Positions 38,430-45,671 of a stretch of DNA of 64,000 nucleotides are shown here, in pieces (the first letter of the stretch is position 1; each line of letters opens with the position of its first letter). The translations under genes and the position numbers were made by a program. The notes beneath the pieces are model-generated. The model made no database searches. It saw only the letters and a program-made list of their open reading frames with translations, and was not told where the DNA came from. Source of the stretch: Candidatus Multivorans sp. (GTDB taxonomy: Bacteria; Acidobacteriota; Thermoanaerobaculia; Multivoradales; Multivoraceae); assembly GCA_965247095.1 (NCBI GenBank), contig OZ251997.1, forward strand, positions 3,328,001 through 3,392,000, in the 5' to 3' direction.

Positions 38430-39824
38430 TTACTGAGGCAGGAGCTCGACGTGGAGGTCCGACCAGGCCCAGCCGGGCTGGGCCGGTTCGTTGTCGTACT
38501 CGCCGCGGAAGCCGAAGCCGACCGCGATCCGTTGCCCCGGCGCGAAGGGAATCGCGGAGATGTTCGGCTGGCCAACGGAACGCATGACCTCGGCGCCGTT
38601 CGAATCGGTCAGGGACAGGACGATCTGGCCGCCGGCGGCGTCGAAGTCGAACATGACGTCATAGGTCTCGTTGGGCCGCATCAGGTGAGGCGTCGCCACG
38701 CGCTGCTTGTTGACGTGGTTGATTCCCCAGTCGGTGCGGTAGAACACCTGGGCCGGCCCACCGGGTCCCTTGGCGATGCCGAACCCGAACAGGTCGACGT
38801 GCTTCTCGCGCGCCAGCCAGAACAGGTTCTGGTTGCGCGACGAAACCCGGTTCCAGCCGCCGTGATGGACCTTGAAGCGGAAGACCGCCCGCTGGTAGGA
38901 GCCGGGCGGTGTGTTCAGTCGCCTCTCGAAACTGGGCTGGGCGTTCGTGGCGCGGTGGAAGGTGCCTTCGAGATCCATGCACACCCAGCCCGAGGTGCAG
39001 GAACTGGACACTGGAGGAGGCGGGTCCGGATCCGGTGTCGGCGGCTCGCCGTAGCCCGGCGGTCGGAGCGCCGAGGCGCCGCTCTGGGATGGTTGCAGGA
39101 CAGTCAGCAGGTCCGCATCGTCATCGGCGACCAGTCCGGCGACATAGAAGTTGTCGGCACAGCTTGTGGAGATCGTGTAGTGATCGCCGAGATCGATGCC
39201 GACCACCTTCAGCACATCGGTGACATAGGTCAGGGACAGCGGCAGGTGGCTGAGGACCCGGGATTCCAGGGCCCAGTTGCCGTCGTGGCTGCGCACCCTG
39301 TGTTCGCAGGTGTTGCTGGAGTGGGACAGGTTGAGGATCGCGTAGTCCGAGCGGTCACGGCTGTCCCGCCGAATCCCGGACACGAAGGCCCAGGTTCCGC
39401 CGGGGACCATGTTGTCCGAGTCGACGATCGGGACCTGCTCTCGCAGACCCACCCGCCTGCCGCTCGAGTCCGTGGGCATCGTGTAGGCATGGAAGGTGAG
39501 TTCGCCGTGGGCGACGAGTTCGACCATCGAGGGGTCGTCACCGGCCAGGTTGCTGTACTGCATCGTGCGACCGGCGGGAACCGACATGCTGATCGGCGAC
39601 TCGGGCCGCTGGGTGCCGTTGGTCCCGGAGGCGATGGGCAGAATGTCGAAGCTCTGACTCTCGTCCGTCGGATTGTGGACGCTGAGCAGGACTTCCTTGG
39701 CTTCGTCGTCGTGCGCGATCAGCACGTAGAACGTGTCCTGTGCGAACAGGGCAGCCGGCAAACCGACCAGAAGAGTCGCGAGGGCCATTGCCGCCACTCC
39801 TGGTTTGCCGATTGGCTTCGTCAT
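38430..39824 (-). CDS. Secreted hypothetical protein, two domains joined by a Pro-rich linker
   Basis: ATG at 39824 after GGGAGA, signal peptide, EPPTPDPDPPPP linker. Confidence 0.7.
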   Translation of the reverse strand: MTKPIGKPGVAAMALATLLVGLPAALFAQDTFYVLIAHDDEAKEVLLSVHNPTDESQSFDILPIASGTNGTQRPESPISMSVPAGRTMQYSNLAGDDPSMVELVAHGELTFHAYTMPTDSSGRRVGLREQVPIVDSDNMVPGGTWAFVSGIRRDSRDRSDYAILNLSHSSNTCEHRVRSHDGNWALESRVLSHLPLSLTYVTDVLKVVGIDLGDHYTISTSCADNFYVAGLVADDDADLLTVLQPSQSGASALRPPGYGEPPTPDPDPPPPVSSSCTSGWVCMDLEGTFHRATNAQPSFERRLNTPPGSYQRAVFRFKVHHGGWNRVSSRNQNLFWLAREKHVDLFGFGIAKGPGGPAQVFYRTDWGINHVNKQRVATPHLMRPNETYDVMFDFDAAGGQIVLSLTDSNGAEVMRSVGQPNISAIPFAPGQRIAVGFGFRGEYDNEPAQPGWAWSDLHVELLPQ

Positions 39825-39943
39825 CGGATTTCTCCCTTGCCTGTGGAGATCTCGCTGATACGTAGAAACATCCATAATAGCATATAAGTCGGTTGGAGGG
39901 AACCCGTTAGAAGGTCTCGATCCTTGCCTGTAACATTCCGAGC

Positions 39944-41110
39944 TTGACTGCCAACCGCTTCTCCGGGCGCCTCGGAACAGTCCCGCGGGCCGCCGCACTC
40001 GGCGCTGCGCTGCTCGCTCTGGGCGCGGTCGCGGGTGCCCAGACACCGAGTCATTGCAAGGCCTTCGGCGACAGCATCACGGCCGGTGCCGGTGACGATC
40101 CGGGGCGCGCCGAGGCCGGCTATCCGCCCCGTCTCGAAGCTCTGGCGCCCGGCCTGGTGGTCGATAACCGGGGCGTCGGCGCCGAGCGGACGCCGGAAGG
40201 TCTGGCCCGCATCGACGGCGTGCTGGCGGAGCCGGGGGACTGCCTGTTGCTGATGGAGGGCACGAACGACATCGGCCGCGGCATTTCGCCGGAGACCACC
40301 CTGTTCAACCTGGACCGTATGGCCGCCCGAGCAGCCGCCGCCGGCCGGACGCCGTACCACGCCACCCTGATTCCCCGCTTGCCGAATGCCCGTTTCGATC
40401 CGAACAACTGGCAGAACCAGGATCTGGTGCAGTCGATCCGGCGGCTGGCGGCGATTCGAGGCCGCGGCCTGGTCGATCCGTTTGAGCTCTTCAGTACGCG
40501 GAAGCGCCTGTTCCACGCGTTCTACTACGCCGGCATCGAGGATCCCGTCGGGCACCCGAACGGCGCCGGCTACGACCTCCTCGCCTCGGTCTTCGCCGAC
40601 GTGCTCCAGGCTACGGACGCGGCGCCGCCCGTCCCGACACGGGTGATCCCGGCACACGGCGCCGAGGAGATTCCGCCCGCGAGTGCCCTGGAGGTCGAGG
40701 TGCGGGACTTCGGCAGCGCCATCGACACAGGTTCCGTGGTGCTCACGGTCGATGGCTCGCCGGCGCCGGCGCCTGGCGTCAGCGACGACGGACGTTGGCT
40801 GCGGTGGCGTTTCTCGCCGGCGGCGCCACTCGACGGCGTGGTGACGCTGTCCTTGCGCGCCAGCGATGCCGAGGGCAACGTCTACGACCGCATGGTGGGC
40901 CGCTTCCTGGTCGAGGGGGCCGTTCTGCCGCGGGGCGACATCGATCGGGACGGTCGCGTGGACGGCCGGGATCTGGTATTCCTGGGTCTCGCGTTCGGGG
41001 CGGCCTCGAGGTCCCGCCGCTTCGACGCCGATGCCGATTTCGACGGCAGCGGCCAGGTGGACGGCGAGGATCTGGCCATCCTCGCGGCGAACTTCGGCGC
41101 TGGTCTCTGA
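39944..41110 (+). CDS. Secreted SGNH/GDSL hydrolase with Ig-like and dockerin/EF-hand-like domains
   Basis: FGDSIT, EGTND, DPVGHPN; C-terminal GDIDRDGRVDGRD and DFDGSGQVDGED. Confidence 0.85.
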   Translation: MTANRFSGRLGTVPRAAALGAALLALGAVAGAQTPSHCKAFGDSITAGAGDDPGRAEAGYPPRLEALAPGLVVDNRGVGAERTPEGLARIDGVLAEPGDCLLLMEGTNDIGRGISPETTLFNLDRMAARAAAAGRTPYHATLIPRLPNARFDPNNWQNQDLVQSIRRLAAIRGRGLVDPFELFSTRKRLFHAFYYAGIEDPVGHPNGAGYDLLASVFADVLQATDAAPPVPTRVIPAHGAEEIPPASALEVEVRDFGSAIDTGSVVLTVDGSPAPAPGVSDDGRWLRWRFSPAAPLDGVVTLSLRASDAEGNVYDRMVGRFLVEGAVLPRGDIDRDGRVDGRDLVFLGLAFGAASRSRRFDADADFDGSGQVDGEDLAILAANFGAGL

Positions 41111-41127
41111 GAGCCAGGGGAGTGAAC

Positions 41128-42261
41128 ATGCAACTCGGCATCCTGGGCCTGCCCAAGGCCGGCAAGACGGCGCTGTTCAATGCGCTCACTGCCTCCCGGC
41201 AGGCGACCGGCAAGTTCCGGGCCTCGAACACCACGAACGTTGGAATCGCCCAGGTACGGGACCGGCGCCTGGAGAAGCTCCGGGATCTCTACCAGCCGCG
41301 GCGCTACGTGCCGGCGCAGGTCCGATGCGTCGATGTTCCCGGCATCGACCGGGGCCGGGGAGAGACCCTGGACCTGGCTGAACTGCGGATGATGGACGCC
41401 CTGGTCCACGTCGTGCGCGCCTTTGAGGACCCGGAACTCCTGCACCCGGCGGGTCGCATCGACCCGCAGCGCGACATCGCCACGATCGATCTGGAGCTGA
41501 TTCTCGCGGACCACGAGGTGGTGGAGCGGCGACTGGAGCGTCTCGATCAGGCGCAGAAGAGAGGCCTCACCGACCTGGAGAAGCGGGAGCGCGCGATGCT
41601 GTCGGACCGCATTCTGCCGGCGCTCGAGGCGGAAACACCGCTGCGCCTCATGGACCTCGACGCGGAGGACGAGAAGCGGCTGCGCGGCTACGGCCTCCTG
41701 TCCCGAAAGCCGATGCTGGTGGTGCTGAATGTCGACGAGGACGTGGCGGGCGACCCCGCTGCGGTGGCCGGGGTCGAAGCGCCGCCCGGGGCCGAACCCG
41801 GGTGGCGCGAAGCCGCGCCAGCCGCGAACCAGTCCGGGCGCTCGTCATCGAGCGCTCGGATGGACCTCCTTGCCGTGAGCGCTTGCCTGGAAGAGGAGAT
41901 CTCCCGTCTCGACCTGGCCGATCAGGGCGACTTCCTGGCCGAAGCGGGACTCGACCAGCCGAGTGCGGTCCGGGTGGTGCAGGCGGGCTACGAGCTGCTG
42001 GGGCTGATCTCCTTCTTCACCGTCGGCGACGACGAGGTCCGCGCGTGGACCATCCGCCGGGGCAGCGCGGCGGTGACCGCGGCGGGCGCCGTTCACTCCG
42101 ACATCGAGCGTGGCTTCATTCGCGCCGAGGTGACCGGGTGGCAGGAACTGATCGACGCCGGATCGCTGGCCGTCTGCCGCGAACGCGCGACCCTGCGCCT
42201 GGAGGGCAAGGGGTACCGTGTGCAGGACGGCGAGGTCGTCCACTTCCGGTTCAACGTGTAG
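41128..42261 (+). CDS. ychF: Ribosome-binding ATPase YchF
   Basis: GILGLPKAGKT, DVPG, LISFFTVGDDEVRAW, AGAVHSDIERGFIRAEV, EGKGYRVQDG. Confidence 0.93.
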   Translation: MQLGILGLPKAGKTALFNALTASRQATGKFRASNTTNVGIAQVRDRRLEKLRDLYQPRRYVPAQVRCVDVPGIDRGRGETLDLAELRMMDALVHVVRAFEDPELLHPAGRIDPQRDIATIDLELILADHEVVERRLERLDQAQKRGLTDLEKRERAMLSDRILPALEAETPLRLMDLDAEDEKRLRGYGLLSRKPMLVVLNVDEDVAGDPAAVAGVEAPPGAEPGWREAAPAANQSGRSSSSARMDLLAVSACLEEEISRLDLADQGDFLAEAGLDQPSAVRVVQAGYELLGLISFFTVGDDEVRAWTIRRGSAAVTAAGAVHSDIERGFIRAEVTGWQELIDAGSLAVCRERATLRLEGKGYRVQDGEVVHFRFNV

Positions 42262-42289
42262 TCCGGCGCGAAGAGGTAACCTGCGCTGG

Positions 42290-42991
42290 ATGGACCGGAG
42301 GGGACCTTTCCGGCTCGACGATCGCCGCATCGCCTTCCCTCCGCCGCGGTTGGCGGATCCAAGCGGCCTGCTCGCGGTGGGTGGAGGCCTCGAGCCGGAG
42401 CGGCTGCTCGCCGCCTACCGGTCCGGCATCTTCCCCTGGCCGCTGCTGGGTCCAGACGGGCCCATGCTGTGGTTCTCGCCCGATCCGCGTCTGGTGCTCT
42501 ATCCGGAGCGGTTCAGAATGTCGCGCAGTTTGCGGCGCGAACTCCGGCGCGACCCGTTCGAGGTCGCGATCGACACGCGCTTCAGAGAGGTCATTGTGGC
42601 CTGCGCCGAGAACCCCCGTCCCGGACAGGAGGGGAGCTGGATCACAGATCCGCTGATCGACGCGTTCGAGCGCCTGCACCGGCTCGGCCACGCTCACTCG
42701 ATCGAATGCCTCAAGGGCGGCGAGTTGGTGGGCGGCCTCTACGGGGTCTCGATCGGCGGAGCGTTCTTCGGTGAATCGATGTTCGCCCGCCGCTCCAACT
42801 CGTCCAAGATCGCGCTGGTTCACCTGGTTCGCCGCCTCGAACGGTGGGGCTACGCGTTCGTGGACTGCCAGCAGGTCACCGAGCATCTGCTCCGGTTCGG
42901 CGCCGAGGAGATCCCGCGCGGCCGCTTTCTGGACGAACTCGAAGCGGCTCTTAGGCTCCCCGGCCGTCCGGGTTCGTGGCGCTCCCCGTAG
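42290..42991 (+). CDS. aat: Leucyl/phenylalanyl-tRNA--protein transferase
   Basis: GLLAVGG, AYRSGIFPW, WFSPDPR, AHSIE, FFGESMF. Confidence 0.95.
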   Translation: MDRRGPFRLDDRRIAFPPPRLADPSGLLAVGGGLEPERLLAAYRSGIFPWPLLGPDGPMLWFSPDPRLVLYPERFRMSRSLRRELRRDPFEVAIDTRFREVIVACAENPRPGQEGSWITDPLIDAFERLHRLGHAHSIECLKGGELVGGLYGVSIGGAFFGESMFARRSNSSKIALVHLVRRLERWGYAFVDCQQVTEHLLRFGAEEIPRGRFLDELEAALRLPGRPGSWRSP

Positions 42992-42997
42992 CTGCGG

Positions 42998-43948
42998 TCA
43001 GGAGTACGGTTCCAGTTGCGTCAACCGGGTGAGGACCGCGTTGGCGATCTGTGAGCCCACCTCCGCCTCGAAGACGAGAATGTCGCTTTCGGCGCCGTCG
43101 TAGGACTCGCTCCAGAGTACGGTTCCGTCCTCGGCCAGGAGCAGGCGGGCCCAGACCCGGAGGCGATCCTGCTCCCGCTGAACCCGGCCGTCGAGCAGGT
43201 AGTCGGCTGAAAGCCCGTTCGCTCCGCCGCCGGCGCTTGGGAAGGGTCGGGCGTCGTACGCGACGACCGCCAGCCGATCGCCCGCCTGCTGGCCGAGCGA
43301 CGTGATGAGCTCCTGGGCCAGGCCCTGGCGGAACGGCTCGGCGCCGGACCATGTCTCCACCGCCGCGAAGGGCAGGACCGCCAGCACCTGCCGTGACGGT
43401 TCGCTCGCGGTGGATGGTCCGGAGTCCAGCGTGCGCCAGACGAAGATCGTGGCGACGATGCCGAGGGCCGCCCCGAGAGCGGCGAGCACGGCGCCGGGTC
43501 CTGACCGCCAGCGCCGGGCGGTGCCGCCCCTGCTGAGGGTCGGTTCGTCGCCGTCGTTGACGTCGCTGACGGGCTTCAGGAAGCGGTACCCGAGGCGCGG
43601 CAGCGTTTCGATGTACTCGGGTGTGTCGGCGCTGTCGCCAAGTGCGACCCGGATCCGCTTGACACAGGAGTTCATGCTCTGGTCGTACTCGACGTGGACT
43701 TCGTCGGGCCAGAGATGGCGGCGGACGGCCTCGCGCGAGACCACTGCGCCACGGTGCGCGATCAGTAACTCGAGGAGTCGGGCGGGTTGGGGCTGAAGCC
43801 GTACCGTGCGCCCGAGGCCGGAGAGTTCGAGGGTCTCGGGATCGAAGCGGAACTCGCCGAACTTAAGCCGGCGAGGGCGTGCAGGGAAGGTGCGGTCGGG
43901 TTTCGTGCCCAGGCGTCCCTCGTGCGACGAGTCGTTATCGCGCTGCAT
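42998..43948 (-). CDS. Membrane-anchored CadC/ToxR-like regulator (OmpR/PhoB-type wHTH + TM + TolB-like domain)
   Basis: FGEFRFD, LQPQPARLL, ALGDSADTPEYIETLPRLGYRF, TM helix, LAVLPF. Confidence 0.87.
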   Translation of the reverse strand: MQRDNDSSHEGRLGTKPDRTFPARPRRLKFGEFRFDPETLELSGLGRTVRLQPQPARLLELLIAHRGAVVSREAVRRHLWPDEVHVEYDQSMNSCVKRIRVALGDSADTPEYIETLPRLGYRFLKPVSDVNDGDEPTLSRGGTARRWRSGPGAVLAALGAALGIVATIFVWRTLDSGPSTASEPSRQVLAVLPFAAVETWSGAEPFRQGLAQELITSLGQQAGDRLAVVAYDARPFPSAGGGANGLSADYLLDGRVQREQDRLRVWARLLLAEDGTVLWSESYDGAESDILVFEAEVGSQIANAVLTRLTQLEPYS

Positions 43949-44081
43949 GAGCTTGCCCTTGGACTACTGCGAGTGAGCTGTTGTTTGGCGTTTTCCAGCC
44001 CCGAAAGTGGTGTTCCGAATTGGGGACCCTGGTTTTAGAGGACACAAAAGGACACTACGCACGAAGCATTCCGGGCGATGC

Positions 44082-44117
44082 GTGACAGTTGTGTGACCAG
44101 TTCGTGACCCCCGTGAC
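44082..44117 (-). promoter_or_regulatory. Tandem GTCAC direct repeats (Pho-box-like) upstream of the wHTH regulator
   Basis: Plus-strand GTGAC at 44082, 44093, 44104 and 44113 (spacings 11, 11, 9). Confidence 0.5.
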
Positions 44118-44409
44118 CTGCGCCGTCGCTTGCTATGGCAAGCGCGGACCCAAGCCTGGATCACTGTGCGGAGCTACTGGCGCCAGGGGAGCGACGGAGC
44201 GTCAGGTACCGCGATTTCGGCGGTCCGTTGGCTCTGAGGGAACATCGGATGCATCGCGTGTCCGAGTCCTGGCCGGCCCTGGCTTCTCGCGGTGCAACGC
44301 CTGGGCGGGAGCCGAACATTCCGGCCCCGGGCCTCGGCGTGTTTGTCAGGGGACGTAAATCCTTGGCACAGTCGTACTTACGGCGTCGGTGTGCTAGGTT
44401 CTGCGGGCC

Positions 44410-44428
44410 AAAAAAAGAGGATAGGGAC
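44410..44428 (-). terminator. U7 tract directly after the 3' strand of the putative ncRNA closing helix
   Basis: Minus strand reads GUCCCUAUCC-UC-UUUUUUU; A7 at 44410-44416 on plus. Confidence 0.55.
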
Positions 44429-45272
44429 CGCTCCGGGGTTCTCACCCGAACCGACCTTAGGTCTCTCATCCCTCGCTCGCGTTTCCTCAACCCTTCAGCT
44501 TGGCGGGCATCCGGTCGTGGAGCGCTTTGCGCGCCACCGATCCTTCCGTTCAGGCCTGGGCGCCCTCGCCTTGCGGCTCCGGCGGTGGAACCTTGCGGCC
44601 CCTCCAGCCCCGTCCGAGTTTGCCGGGACTCCCCTTCGCCTACCCGTTGCCTTCGGGTCTCCCGCTCCGGCTTGCGCCTTCGCATTCAACCCTCCGGCTC
44701 GGGTGGCCGAAAGGTCCGCGCCGTCGTTCCGCCATGGCCGGTTCCTCGGCTTGCGCCTCCGAACCGATCACTTTGCGGCCCGCCGTCGCGGGGACTCCCT
44801 GCCTCTCTCTCCGCCGACATGGCGCCTTTGGGGGTACTTCGTCGCTCAACTGGTCGGGTCTCACGACGAAGCCCCCGAAGCGTCTGCCGATGAAGCGCTT
44901 CAGTTAGCGATCAGCCTTCCGTTGCTGCCGGGCAACTTCCGACCGTTCGCCCCCCTGAAGCCGCCTCCCTGGTTCAGGCGCCACGAGGCTTGCGCCCCTC
45001 GGTGCCACTCCCGGGGAAGCCTTCGGCTACGGGAGTCACTCGCTAGCTGGAACTCCATGTCGTCGGGGTCGCTCCGGCTTGCGCCTCGGTTTCCCCGGCT
45101 CCAAATGGCTCCTGCCACCGAGCCCGGCTCTCAAGTCGTGACCTTCCTACCCTCGCTCTTCAAGTGCGCCCACCACGCGAACGTGACTTTCGCCCTTCTC
45201 AAGCTCCGATCTGAGGGCCTCGGCTCTTGGACCGGTGGATTGGGTTGCGATCCTTGGTCACAGTCCCTATCC
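44410..45272 (-). ncRNA. Putative large (~855 nt) highly structured non-coding RNA, family unassigned
   Basis: Own promoter, perfect 10-bp end-to-end complementarity (44419-44428 with 45263-45272), U7 tail, four exact GGCGCAAGCC hairpins plus other GNRA/UUCG loops, purine-rich minus strand, no credible ORF. Confidence 0.8.
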
Positions 45273-45279
45273 GCGAAAC

Positions 45280-45309
45280 AACGTATAGGGCGCCTGAAGG
45301 TTGTGTCAA
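45280..45309 (-). promoter_or_regulatory. sigma70-type promoter of the putative large ncRNA
   Basis: TTGACA (45309-45304) - 18 bp - TACGTT (45285-45280); predicted +1 near 45272-45273 coincides with the start of the closing helix. Confidence 0.7.
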
Positions 45310-45492
45310 GGGAAGGGCGGCGGACGGCCTCGGGCCGATGCTTGCGGGAGAGCCTTAACCGATTGAACCTCAGCAACTTGACCCTTGCAACCTTGAATTC
45401 GATCGGGTCGGTGACGGCTGCGGATTTCCTGCGGAATCGGGTGGCTGCCGCAGAAGCCGGCTCGTTTGCTCCCGCTTGCGGGGCGGCGCGGA

Positions 45493-45568
45493 TGGTGCCC
45501 AGGGGCGGATTCGAACCACCGACACCCTGATTTTCAGTCAGGTGCTCTACCGACTGAGCTACCTGGGC
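45493..45568 (-). tRNA. tRNA-Phe (GAA)
   Basis: Reverse complement GCCCAGGTAGCTCAGTCGGTAGAGC...CTGAAAA...GGTTCGAATCC...CTGGGCACCA; upstream TTGACT-N18-TAGAAC (45634-45605). Confidence 0.96.
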
Positions 45569-45671
45569 AAGTCGCGCGCGCCGGCCAGGGCGCTAGAGCA
45601 GCGTGTTCTAACAGGCATGCGGCGAGCCAGTCAATGGAGCGCCGGGTGCAGAACGACTAGAGTAGTGGACC

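Noticed and set aside
44565-45090. CRISPR array interpretation of the ggcttgcgcc repeats
   Set aside because: Repeats are only 10 bp, irregularly spaced, and no cas genes occur in the window.
44410-45272. Identification as RNase P RNA, tmRNA, 6S, SRP, rRNA fragment or group II intron
   Set aside because: No GAGGAAAGUCC motif, no tRNA-like ends or CCA, no intron domain V or GUGYG start recognised, no interrupted host gene, and too long for 6S/SRP. GOLLD/ROOL cannot be excluded without Infernal.
44135-45530. ORFs of 135-412 aa over the putative ncRNA (e.g. 44292-45530, 44135-44893, 44161-44685)
   Set aside because: Arg/Pro/Ser-rich translations with no recognisable domain, no clear RBS and mutual overlap; the RNA promoter, closing helix and U-tract explain the region better.
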